NCBI GenBank assembly: GCA_963674945.2
Contig: CAXXWQ010000004.1
Coordinates: 1,216,001-1,280,000, forward strand
Origin: an uncultured Desulfosarcina sp.
GTDB lineage: Bacteria; Desulfobacterota; Desulfobacteria; Desulfobacterales; Desulfosarcinaceae
Reading direction: 5' to 3'
Length of the DNA: 64,000 nt
In this document: positions 9,502 to 18,554 of the stretch, piece after piece
Layout of the letters: each line of letters starts with the position of its first letter
How positions within the stretch are numbered: the first letter of the stretch is position 1
Translations under genes and position numbers: made by a program
The notes under the pieces: generated by a model
Databases searched by the model: none
Seen by the model: only the letters and a program-made list of their open reading frames with translations
What the model was told of the DNA's origin: nothing

Positions 9502-10143
9502 ATGAAAATTTTCGACGCATCCACCATAAAGAAACTTCCGTTTGTAAACTTGTTTTCCGTATCCTACGAGGATCGCAAAGGCAGGCGCAGAGGCTGGCAG
9601 ATGGTCAGCCGCCACGATCATCCGAAATGCCTGACCGGCAAAATCCAGCACCCCGACGCAACGATCATCGTCCCCTATCATGGGGAAGAAAAAAAGCTGG
9701 TGGTGATCAAAGAGTTTCGGATTCCCGTTGGTGGTTACATGTATGGGTTTCCGGCAGGACTCATCGATCCCGGTGAAGCATTATCACAAACCGCAGGCAG
9801 GGAACTTTACGAAGAGACCGGGCTGCGACTGGTCCGGGTGTACCGCCACAGCCCGGCCGTTTTCTCCTCAGCCGGCATCACGGACGAAGCCATCTCCATG
9901 GTCTTTACCGAGGTTGCCGGCACCCCAAACATTCGCAACACTTCGGATTCGGAAGATATCGAAATCTTTCTGATGGACCGGGCCGAAGTGCGTCGACTTT
10001 TAAAAAGAGCCGATATTGTCTTCGGCGCCCGCGCGTGGCTGGTCATGGACGCCTATGTTCGCATGGGTAACGGCTATTTCACGGATAACGGCGATAATAA
10101 ACCGGCAATCACCGACCACACGCTGAGCGGGCGGTTTGATTAA
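9502..10143 (+). CDS. NUDIX hydrolase (ADP-ribose pyrophosphatase-like)
   Basis: Nudix box GLIDPGEALSQTAGRELYEETG. Confidence 0.88.
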   Translation: MKIFDASTIKKLPFVNLFSVSYEDRKGRRRGWQMVSRHDHPKCLTGKIQHPDATIIVPYHGEEKKLVVIKEFRIPVGGYMYGFPAGLIDPGEALSQTAGRELYEETGLRLVRVYRHSPAVFSSAGITDEAISMVFTEVAGTPNIRNTSDSEDIEIFLMDRAEVRRLLKRADIVFGARAWLVMDAYVRMGNGYFTDNGDNKPAITDHTLSGRFD

Positions 10144-10184
10144 GCCCCCTCCGAAGGTCGCTTGAAACATAATTGATGAACGTC
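10107..10184 (+). repeat. Dispersed repeat family A, copy 1 (short)
   Basis: AATCACCGACCA...GAGC.GGCGGTTTGAT.AAGCCCCCTCCGAAGG...TTGAAA...ATTGATGAACGTC; also at 18339 and 54734. Confidence 0.75.
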
Positions 10185-10245
10185 TAAAAGATAGTTCCAT
10201 CCTCAAGGCTCCGGTTTATAGTGGTATACAACAATACTGATTTGA

Positions 10246-10533
10246 TCAACGCTGCGTAAGGTGTGCATCCAAAGCCGCTTCGATCTCTTTTTCCTTGAAC
10301 CCCACGATGATTTTCTCGCCGATCACAAGCGTCGGAAAGGAAACAGAAGGGTTGATGCCTTTGAGTCTTCGCAAGGTATCGCTTCGTTCATCGCCCACCA
10401 GCATATCCACGAATATGGTCCGAAACACCACATCGCGTCCTTGCAAAAGGGCTCTGACGGCCTTGCAGTGACTGCAGGTTTGAAGACCGTAGAGAACGAT
10501 GGCAGGCGGTTGGGTCTCGGGACGGGTCGTCAT
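10246..10533 (-). CDS. Glutaredoxin/NrdH-like redoxin
   Basis: CSHC motif, SFPTLVIG..IVGF. Confidence 0.88.
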   Translation of the reverse strand: MTTRPETQPPAIVLYGLQTCSHCKAVRALLQGRDVVFRTIFVDMLVGDERSDTLRRLKGINPSVSFPTLVIGEKIIVGFKEKEIEAALDAHLTQR

Positions 10534-10560
10534 GGGTACGTTCCATGTGGATTGGGAGAT

Positions 10561-10599
10561 AAAAAGGGCCGGCCTGCCGAAGCCCTCTGGCAGGCCGGC
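10561..10599 (-). terminator. Intrinsic terminator after adh
   Basis: GCCGGCCTGCC/GGCAGGCCGGC stem followed by a T run on the - strand. Confidence 0.75.
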
Positions 10600-10628
10600 G
10601 ATGCGTCATGATATCGGCAGGAACCCGG

Positions 10629-11795
10629 CTACAGGGCGTTTTTGTAGATACCGATCACATCATCAAGGGTGGGACAGCGCGGATTGGTGAGTCCACAGGC
10701 GTCCTTCTGGGCGTTCTCGGCCATGATCTTGAGGTCGGCCTCCTTTACGCCCAGTTCCGTCAGTCCCGACGGAATCCCGATATCCGTGGAAAGGGTCTGA
10801 ATCGCATCAAGGGCGACGTCGGCGGCCGCACGGGTGGAGAGGCCCTCGATGTTTTCTCCCATGGCCACGGCGACATCGGCGAACCGCTCCATCTTTGCGA
10901 TGAGGTTGAACCGGCTCACATGGGGAAGTAAAATGGCATTGCAGACGCCGTGGGGAAGATCGTAGAATCCACCCAGCTGGTGGGCCATGGCGTGTACGTG
11001 GCCCAGGCTGGCGTTGTTGAATGCCATGCCTGCCAGGTACTGGGCGTAGCACATCTTGTCACGGGCTTCCATGTCGTTGCCGTTGGCCACCGCGGCCCGC
11101 AGGTAACCGGCCACCAGTTCGATTGCTTTCAGGGCACAGGCGTCGGTGACGGGCGTGGCCAGGGTGGATACATATGCCTCCACCGCGTGGGTCAGTGCAT
11201 CCATGCCGGTCGCGGCGGTCAGCGACGGCGGCATCCCCACCATCAACAACGGATCATCGATGGCAACGTTGGGCGTGACCCGCCAGTCGACGATGGCCAT
11301 CTTAACCTTCCGGCTGGTGTCGGTGATGATGCAAAAACGGGTCATCTCGCTGGCCGTACCGGCCGTGGTGTTCACGGCAATGAAAGGCGGCATGGCCGTG
11401 CTCGATTGATCCACACCCTCGTAATCCCTGATGTTTCCACCGTTGGTGGCGATGATGCCGATTCCCTTGCCACAGTCGTGGGAGCTTCCGCCCCCAAGGG
11501 AGATAATCAGGTCGCAACCGGATTTTTTGTACATGTCATACCCTTCGTGGACATTGTCATCGGTGGGATTTGGGTGGGTACCATTGTAGATGACCGGATC
11601 CACTTCACATTCAGTCTTGATCACTTGGGCAACCTGATCGGCGATGCCGGCATCGGTGATCCCCTTGTCCGTGCAGATGAACGGCTTGGTTCCTCCGAGC
11701 ACCTTGATCTGGTTTCCGATCTCCTTATGGGCGCCCACGCCCATCAATGTAACCGTTGGAATGAAAAACCCGAATACTTGTTCTTGTACGGCCAT
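10629..11795 (-). CDS. adh: Iron-containing (group III) alcohol dehydrogenase, Desulfovibrio Adh1-like
   Basis: N-terminus MAVQEQVFGFFIP; GGGSSHD, TTAGTASE, MDALTHA, HAMAHQ, LPHG metal ligands; RBS AAGGAG. Confidence 0.93.
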   Translation of the reverse strand: MAVQEQVFGFFIPTVTLMGVGAHKEIGNQIKVLGGTKPFICTDKGITDAGIADQVAQVIKTECEVDPVIYNGTHPNPTDDNVHEGYDMYKKSGCDLIISLGGGSSHDCGKGIGIIATNGGNIRDYEGVDQSSTAMPPFIAVNTTAGTASEMTRFCIITDTSRKVKMAIVDWRVTPNVAIDDPLLMVGMPPSLTAATGMDALTHAVEAYVSTLATPVTDACALKAIELVAGYLRAAVANGNDMEARDKMCYAQYLAGMAFNNASLGHVHAMAHQLGGFYDLPHGVCNAILLPHVSRFNLIAKMERFADVAVAMGENIEGLSTRAAADVALDAIQTLSTDIGIPSGLTELGVKEADLKIMAENAQKDACGLTNPRCPTLDDVIGIYKNAL

Positions 11796-12083
11796 GTCTC
11801 TCTCCTTATGGTTAAAGTAAGTAAAATCCGGGTCCAGAGAACCCGACGTTGGGCTCCCCCTTGGAAGGGGGATGCATTGCGAGCGCTTGATACCCCAGGA
11901 GCCAGTATGAATCTCGTGTCGCTTCGCTCCGTCGATTTGATATGATGGATTGAGCCGCAGGCGAATGCCTGATTCTGGGTTCTTGGAACAATCATACGGC
12001 ACAGCCGATGAACGCCGGCCCGGGTCAAGTGGACCAGGCTTTCTAAACCGCAACAAATCGTGAACGGCTGGCCATCATACTTG

Positions 12084-12098
12084 GCAAGTAGCGGGCCA
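12084..12098 (-). promoter_or_regulatory. Sigma-54 promoter for adh
   Basis: TGGCCC-GCTAC-TTGC; near-IHF site AATCAAATAGCTA at 12142-12154; a sigma-54 activator is encoded divergently. Confidence 0.65.
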
Positions 12099-12372
12099 AG
12101 TGGCGCGTGCTGTTTTTCGCAACGCACCTGTCCTGGTAAAATAGCTATTTGATTTCAGGTTGATCGCTTCACTCATTTTTTTTTGCCGTGGTGGAAACCG
12201 TCTTTTTTTGATACTCTTTTGTTATGCTTGATAAAACAGATGGGGCTTTTTGACTCGCCGTGAATCGCCGTCTTGGGTCGAAGTGACACAATGGCGAATC
12301 GCTCCCATGCACCAATCGCCGTACCGAGGGATTGGCACACCCTTCGCAGCGTTCGAGGCAGGAGGGCTTTCC

Positions 12373-13515
12373 ATGGATGTTCGCAAATTTTCCATTCCCG
12401 AGATTCTTTTCGGTCAAGGCAGTCTGGACTACGCGGCCCTCTGCGCCAAACGAATGGGGGGAGAAAAAATCTTCCTGGTAAGCGACACCGGCCTGGAAAA
12501 GGTCGGTTGGGTCGACCGGGTTCTTTCCATATTACGGGAGGAGCATCTCGCGTGGTACTACTTCAATGAGATCGACTCCAATCCCCGTGACTACCAGGTA
12601 AGCCGGGGCGCCGAACGCTACCTTGCCGAAGGCTGCGATGTGGTGATGGCGTTAGGCGGCGGCAGCCCCATGGATGCGGCCAAGGGAATCGCCATGGTGG
12701 CCAGCAACGGCGGTAACGTTCAGGATTATGAGGGTGCCAACCAAATCCAGCGTCCCCTGCCGCCCATGGTGTTCATTCCATCCACGGCCGGCAGCGGCTC
12801 AGACATTTCCCAGTTCGCCATCATTACCGACATCGAGCGACAGGTGAAGATGTCCATCATCAGCCGAACACTGGTGCCCAATATTTCCATCACCGACCCA
12901 CAGCTGTTGACCACAAAATCGGAGGAGTTGATCATCTCTTCGGCCATCGATGCACTCTCCCATGCCGTCGAGGCCTACGTTTCGACCATCGCCTCCACTT
13001 TGACCGAAATACAGTCCCTGAAAGCCATCGATCTGATCTTAAAATACCTGCCCATTGTGCTATCGGATCGGTCACTGGCATCCTTGGAAAAATTGTCCAG
13101 CGCCGGCACCTTCGCCGGCATGGCCTTCAGCAATGCCAGTCTGGGACTCGACCACGCCCTGGCCCACAGCCTGGGTGGAAAACTCGATGTCGCACACGGA
13201 CTGATCCATCCGGTGCTCCTGCCCCATGTGATGCGTTTTAACCTGCCCGCCTGTGTGGACAAAATGGCGGCCGTTGGTGAAATCATCCTGGGAACACGAA
13301 AATTCAGCGCAGAGTCGACGGCGCATGGCGGTATCGAACGGCTGGAAACCTTTTTCGGCGATCTTAAGATTTCCACACGATTGCGGGATCTGGTTCCCGA
13401 TTCCGATTTACTGCCCCAGATCTGCGAGATGGCAGTCTATGACTCCTGCCTGGTGACCAATCCCAGGGAAGCGACGGTCGAAGACATGATCGACATCTGC
13501 AAGGCCTGCTGGTGA
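12373..13515 (+). CDS. Iron-containing alcohol-dehydrogenase-like protein, ErcA-like regulatory paralogue
   Basis: Fe-ADH motifs GGGSPMD, STAGSGSD, IDALSHA, DHALAH; translationally coupled to a sensor kinase (TGATG). Confidence 0.85.
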   Translation: MDVRKFSIPEILFGQGSLDYAALCAKRMGGEKIFLVSDTGLEKVGWVDRVLSILREEHLAWYYFNEIDSNPRDYQVSRGAERYLAEGCDVVMALGGGSPMDAAKGIAMVASNGGNVQDYEGANQIQRPLPPMVFIPSTAGSGSDISQFAIITDIERQVKMSIISRTLVPNISITDPQLLTTKSEELIISSAIDALSHAVEAYVSTIASTLTEIQSLKAIDLILKYLPIVLSDRSLASLEKLSSAGTFAGMAFSNASLGLDHALAHSLGGKLDVAHGLIHPVLLPHVMRFNLPACVDKMAAVGEIILGTRKFSAESTAHGGIERLETFFGDLKISTRLRDLVPDSDLLPQICEMAVYDSCLVTNPREATVEDMIDICKACW

Positions 13516-14723
13516 TGAAACAAAAACCGAAAATCGAAGACCTGATCGGGCTTGGCCACAGCAAACTGGGTTTTTTCAAGGAAGTTCAGGAAAAGATCGG
13601 CGAACTGCAAAAATCCAACCGGGCCTTGGATCTGCAGCGACAGCACGTGCAGGCCATCCTGGACGGGATTACGGATATCGTCGCCGTGATTTCGCCTACC
13701 TACCGAATCCGTTCGGTGAACCACAGCTTCTTCGACATTTACTCCCACCACCAGCCTGAGCAGGCCCGTTGTTACGAAATATTCAGGCATGGGACCGAAC
13801 CCTGCACCACATGCCCCCTGCGCGATGCCCTGGCCGCCAACCGGTTTTGCCGGCACAGCACGATCATACCGGTAAACGGTCGCAACCGCCATTTTTCTAT
13901 CACCGCATCCCCCCTTCGGGATAGAAAGGGACGGCCCACGGACATCCTGGTGGTCAAGCGAGACGTCACGCTGGAAAAAGAGTTCCAGGCCAAGTACTAC
14001 CACGCCGAGAAGATGGCCACCATCGGACTTCTGGCGGCCGGCGTGGCCCATGAGATCAACAACCCCTTGACATCCATCCACGGATTCGCCGAAGGGATAC
14101 AGCGCCGACTGGACCGGGTATTCGATGTTTTGGAGGATTCCTCCCTTTCCGATGACCTTGCGGAGTATATCGAGATCATCCTAAGTGAATGCAAACGATG
14201 CAGCGGCATCGTCCGCAGCCTTCTCACCTTCAGTCCACGTCAGTCAAACGACTTCTCCCCCATCGGATTGAATCCACTGGTCCGTAACGTGCTCCGGTTG
14301 TTACACCACAGGCTGAAGCACTACCCGGAAGACTTGATCCGGCTGGATCTTTCCGGCGCACTGCCGGCAATTTCCGGCAATGCGGCGGAACTGGAACAGG
14401 TGATCTTGAATTTGATCCTCAATGCCTTAGATGCCGTGGGCGGCGATGGATTCATCGGAATTCGCACCCGGACAAAAGGGAAAAACCAGGTAATCCTGGA
14501 AGTGACGGACAATGGGTGCGGCATCGATCAACAAGACCTGCCCAAATTGTTCGAACCGTTTTTTACCACCAAACCCGTGGGGCAGGGAATCGGTATCGGC
14601 CTTTCCACCTGCTATCACATCATCCATGCCCATGGTGGAGACATCCAAGTGAAGAGCCATCTGGGGAAAGGTTCCCGATTCACCGTGCGCCTTCCCGTTC
14701 TGGCGGATTCGGAGGCTCCATGA
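13515..14723 (+). CDS. Cytoplasmic PAS-domain sensor histidine kinase (NtrB-like)
   Basis: CY..C..CP PAS segment, AGVAHEINNPL, NLILNALDA, FEPFFTTKP, GIGIGL; no TM segment. Confidence 0.92.
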   Translation: MKQKPKIEDLIGLGHSKLGFFKEVQEKIGELQKSNRALDLQRQHVQAILDGITDIVAVISPTYRIRSVNHSFFDIYSHHQPEQARCYEIFRHGTEPCTTCPLRDALAANRFCRHSTIIPVNGRNRHFSITASPLRDRKGRPTDILVVKRDVTLEKEFQAKYYHAEKMATIGLLAAGVAHEINNPLTSIHGFAEGIQRRLDRVFDVLEDSSLSDDLAEYIEIILSECKRCSGIVRSLLTFSPRQSNDFSPIGLNPLVRNVLRLLHHRLKHYPEDLIRLDLSGALPAISGNAAELEQVILNLILNALDAVGGDGFIGIRTRTKGKNQVILEVTDNGCGIDQQDLPKLFEPFFTTKPVGQGIGIGLSTCYHIIHAHGGDIQVKSHLGKGSRFTVRLPVLADSEAP

Positions 14724-16078
14724 CGAACCTGGAAACCATGCACGTACTGGTGGTCGATGACGAGCCATCCATCCGCCGACTCATCGAGAAAGAACTGGGC
14801 AGCGAGCGGCGGAGAATCACGACGGTGGGAACCGTATCATCCGCAGATCAAGCATTCAGCCAGGAGACCTTCGACCTGGTTTTGTTGGACATGAAACTGC
14901 CGGACGGCAACGGAATGGATCTTCTCGCCCGATTCCAGGACCTTGCCCCCGAGGTCCAAGTGATCATCATCACCGGATATGGAGAGGTGGACAACGCAGT
15001 CCAGGCAATGAAGCTGGGGGCCTACGATTACATTACCAAGCCCTATGCCCTGGACCGCCTGACACTGGTCATGGAGAAGGCCTACCAGAGAACCTGCCTG
15101 CAGCGGGAAAACCGCCTTTTGCGCCAGGCCCAATCGGCTGAGATGACGCCGAAGCTGGTGGGGCAGTCCGAAGCAATGGAAAACGTACGGTTTTTAATAC
15201 GGAAAGTGGCGCCCACCCAGGTTCCGGTACTTTTAACCGGTGAAAGCGGTACGGGAAAAAACGTGGTCGCCCAGCTGATCCACGCGCTGAGCAATCGAAG
15301 CGAGTTGCCGCTGATCACCAAAAACTGCGGCACCTTTCAAAAGGATCTGCTGCGCAGTGAGTTGTTCGGCTACCGAAGGGGGGCGTTTACCGGCGCAAAC
15401 GACTCATATGAGGGCCTTTTGTCCCTGGCTCATCGAGGAACCATGTTTCTGGACGAAATCGGTGAACTCTCCGTGGAGATTCAAAGTTCTCTGTTGCGTG
15501 TGATCGAAAACCAGACATTCAGACGACTGGGAGAAAAAGAAGAGAGAAAGGTAGATGTCCGCTTTGTCTGCGCCACCAACCGTGATCTTAAAAAAGAGGT
15601 GGAGGCGGGACGATTCAGCGAGGCCCTGTATCATCGTCTCAATGTTTTCAAGATCGCCCTGCCCCCGCTTCGCAATCGGAAAGACGATATCCCGGCCCTC
15701 ATCGAATATTTCCTCGGTCGGCTTCGTCCGGGAGAGCGAATGGCCCGCATCACCGACGGCGCGCTCGTGTGCCTGATGGCCTATGATTGGCCGGGAAACA
15801 TCCGTGAACTGCAGAACGTACTGGAACGGGGCCTGATTCTGTCCGAGGGAGGGGTGATCACCGAACAGTCACTGCCCCGGGAGTTGGTCGATACAATGGC
15901 TTCATCCACAGCCAACGGACCGTTTTTGCCACTAAAGGAGATCGAGCGGCAACACATCCTGGCCGTTATCGAATATGTGAATGGCAGTCGCACGCGGGCA
16001 GCACAAATCCTGGGTATCGGCCGCAAAACCCTGTATCGCAAGCTTCAAGCGCTGGAAACGGTGCGTTCGACGCGCTGA
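14720..16078 (+). CDS. Sigma-54-dependent response regulator (NtrC family)
   Basis: Receiver domain, GESGTGK, GAFTGA, FLDEIGE, WPGNIRELQN, Fis-type HTH. Confidence 0.95.
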   Translation: MTNLETMHVLVVDDEPSIRRLIEKELGSERRRITTVGTVSSADQAFSQETFDLVLLDMKLPDGNGMDLLARFQDLAPEVQVIIITGYGEVDNAVQAMKLGAYDYITKPYALDRLTLVMEKAYQRTCLQRENRLLRQAQSAEMTPKLVGQSEAMENVRFLIRKVAPTQVPVLLTGESGTGKNVVAQLIHALSNRSELPLITKNCGTFQKDLLRSELFGYRRGAFTGANDSYEGLLSLAHRGTMFLDEIGELSVEIQSSLLRVIENQTFRRLGEKEERKVDVRFVCATNRDLKKEVEAGRFSEALYHRLNVFKIALPPLRNRKDDIPALIEYFLGRLRPGERMARITDGALVCLMAYDWPGNIRELQNVLERGLILSEGGVITEQSLPRELVDTMASSTANGPFLPLKEIERQHILAVIEYVNGSRTRAAQILGIGRKTLYRKLQALETVRSTR

Positions 16079-16167
16079 TGACAACGATCATTCGCGTCGA
16101 TTGGAAAACCATCAGATTTCTAAGGAACTCGTTCGTCAACACAAATGAAAAGAGACTTCTTACATGT

Positions 16168-16737
16168 TCAATTATCTGCAGGGGGAAATTGCCCTAAAAT
16201 TCGATCCACGATTTCTTGCATTTTCCTGGCTGCGACGTCGGGTGTCGCGAAATCTTCCACCATATAAGTACCGACGCCCCGCCACACCAGTTGCCGTGTG
16301 TCGGCTGCATAGATGTCGATGGTCAATCGGAATTGATCGTACTGGTAGATCCTCGTGGTGGTATCCATGCCACCGTACCATGGATACGCATAGGTGCCGA
16401 TCCCCCAGGAAGTAAAACCGGTATCGCTGCGGATCTTCGATTCGATGGCCAGATGATACGTCAGCAGAATATCCGGAGAGTCCTGGTCAAGAAGGATTTT
16501 TCTCCTCTTCAGATGATCACCCACGGCCCGACGGATCCGTTTGTCGAGAAGCGGGTTGTCAATACGCGGATCACCGGTGGAAGGCCGAACCGATTGCCGC
16601 CAATTCCAAGTCTCATGGGGAACGTCTTTTTTGTCCGAATCGTAGTCCTGGCTGACCTGGACGATGGCGCACCCCGCCATGATCAGAAACACCATCGGCA
16701 AAAAGCGGTATTTCGACGATATCATGGGATCCTCCAT
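16168..16737 (-). CDS. DUF4136-like lipoprotein
   Basis: Lipobox MAGC; DYD; LTIDIY..LVWRG; ILGQFPP C-terminus. Confidence 0.8.
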   Translation of the reverse strand: MEDPMISSKYRFLPMVFLIMAGCAIVQVSQDYDSDKKDVPHETWNWRQSVRPSTGDPRIDNPLLDKRIRRAVGDHLKRRKILLDQDSPDILLTYHLAIESKIRSDTGFTSWGIGTYAYPWYGGMDTTTRIYQYDQFRLTIDIYAADTRQLVWRGVGTYMVEDFATPDVAARKMQEIVDRILGQFPPADN

Positions 16738-16848
16738 GCAAAGGGCCGATTGACAGCCCCAAATGAACCGGTTACTATTTTTCTATTCTCTTTGGGATAA
16801 AGCAGGCCCAGGACCGATAGTAAACGCCATGCAAAGGACGGATATTTC

Positions 16849-17121
16849 ATGAACTCCCTTCAGGTCAATTTCATCGAATCGTCCCGGTCCATCGAAAAAC
16901 GTGAAGACTGCAATCCGGAACCGTGGAATGAAGTTTGCGATCGATACGACAATGATGTTCATCGCGTGATGGATGTCCCGGGGCACGAAGGCTATTCGGC
17001 CCTTTATGTCTGCTATGATGAGAACAATCTTCCGTTTTATTATCTGGTGGAAGAAGATGATGCATTAAAGCGCATGCGCCGGAAAACACTTCTTAAAAAA
17101 CTCGGCAAGGATTCGCCGTAG
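16849..17121 (+). CDS. Hypothetical protein
   Basis: 90-aa ORF with RBS AAGGA; fills the gap between flanking genes. Confidence 0.65.
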   Translation: MNSLQVNFIESSRSIEKREDCNPEPWNEVCDRYDNDVHRVMDVPGHEGYSALYVCYDENNLPFYYLVEEDDALKRMRRKTLLKKLGKDSP

Positions 17122-17266
17122 GGTATAAGGAAAAGAGGGGTGGTATTGTTTCGATGACGAAAAGCGCTGCAAACCAAATGTGCCACCATGAAAATGGAAC
17201 CATCGTGCTGAAAACAGATTAGATGTTCATTCGCCTGTCCGAAGGATACCGTACGGGCGCATCATC

Positions 17267-17548
17267 TCAATCGCCGTTAATCTTACTTCGCAGTTTTCCC
17301 GAACATTTAAAGGTGACCACCCTGCGTTCCCGCAAGGTCAGGTCAGAACCGGTGGCCGGATTTCTACCCCTGCGCGCCTTTTTCTGTTTTACGCAAAACT
17401 TGCCGAAACCCGACACAAGCACATCGTCTCCACTTTCGAGATTACCCTTTATAATTTCCAGAAGGGACTCGACCGTTTCTATGGACTTTTTTTTCGTGAA
17501 ACCAAGGTCGTTTACCTTTGCGACGATATCGTTTTTGGTCAATGCCAT
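17267..17548 (-). CDS. ihfA: Integration host factor subunit alpha
   Basis: MALTK..VSGFGKF..RRGRNPATG..RRVVTFK. Confidence 0.9.
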   Translation of the reverse strand: MALTKNDIVAKVNDLGFTKKKSIETVESLLEIIKGNLESGDDVLVSGFGKFCVKQKKARRGRNPATGSDLTLRERRVVTFKCSGKLRSKINGD

Positions 17549-17644
17549 TGCGCCTCCCTAAGAGAAGTGTTGCCCAGTGCCTGGATTTTTTATTTGTATC
17601 ACCGAAGAAGTACCAGTACCCTTTGGGTGCGGAACGTAAAGGGA

Positions 17645-17776
17645 TTACTGCTCCTCTGCTTCGGTGTCGGGTCCCTCGTCGGGGATGATCCGGGAGACTT
17701 TTTCCATAATCTTATCCACCCGGGTCATAATCTCGTCGATTTCCGCCTTTAGCCTTTCGTCATCATTTTCGGTCAT
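17645..17776 (-). CDS. Small acidic hypothetical protein (43 aa), below the ORF-track cutoff
   Basis: MTENDDERLKAEIDEIMTRVDKIMEKVSRIIPDEGPDTEAEEQ, preceded by AAAGGA. Confidence 0.55.
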   Translation of the reverse strand: MTENDDERLKAEIDEIMTRVDKIMEKVSRIIPDEGPDTEAEEQ

Positions 17777-17863
17777 TCTCTATATTCCTTTAGCGAAAGC
17801 GGCCTGTCTGTTCCACATTTCCCATGTGACAGATGATGCCGTGTTCGACCCGATCGGATCGGA

Positions 17864-18190
17864 TCATCGGGGATAGTTGCCATGGATGTAAAGGTAGTCA
17901 TAGCAGTAGGCCTGGTACTCCTTACCGGACTCTTTTTCATTTCCAAGATCGATGGAATCCTCCAAATGGGCCAGCCACTGTGACTTGGCGAAATCGTAGA
18001 GTACGTTCTCAATCAAATCCGGTGTATCGCTGACTTCGGGATTTTCCTGGATAAAACGCTTCACGGAATCGATCACGGCTTTGACGTCACGGATGTACTC
18101 GCTGGCATCCATCCGGTATTCCGTGGCAATTTCCAGGAACTTGATCAGCAGTAACTTCGATGTACCCTCTACGGCATCGATACAATTCAT
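17864..18190 (-). CDS. Hypothetical protein
   Basis: About 108-aa ORF, start uncertain; sigma70-like TTGACA-N16-TATATT upstream near 18288-18315. Confidence 0.6.
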   Translation of the reverse strand: MNCIDAVEGTSKLLLIKFLEIATEYRMDASEYIRDVKAVIDSVKRFIQENPEVSDTPDLIENVLYDFAKSQWLAHLEDSIDLGNEKESGKEYQAYCYDYLYIHGNYPR

Positions 18191-18338
18191 CGGATCCCAT
18201 TTCATCCAATGGGGGCAAGTGGGCAATTTTGCAATTTCACCAGTTGTCAGATACAGCTTTGTTCAATAAAATCATACAGCTATTAGAAATATACGATAAA
18301 ACCGGATGATGTCAAGCATCATGTGCGGCAAGGTATGA

Positions 18339-18485
18339 AATCACCGACCAGCCGATGAGCGGGATGTTTAATGATGCCCCTCCGAAGGGGGATTGAAAAC
18401 GGATTGATGAACGTCGAACTTCCAACATCGAACGTTGAATAAGGAATTCTATCCATTTTAAACAACGCCCTCTTTTCTTATCCTG
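18339..18485 (+). repeat. Dispersed repeat family A, copy 2 (with AACATCG/AACGTTG heptamer tract)
   Basis: Aligns with 54734-54875 including GAATAAGGAATTCTATCC. Confidence 0.8.
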
Positions 18486-18554
18486 CTTAAAAGATGGGAC
18501 GGCTTCCGTCGGCTCGATTCCCCTTGGGACTTACTCCTGAAGAGGAGTATCTTA

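Noticed and set aside
11796..12056. N-terminal extension of the Adh ORF; similar extensions for cheD, ligA and the sigma-54 regulator
   Set aside because: Family homology and SD or coupling signals point to the downstream ATGs
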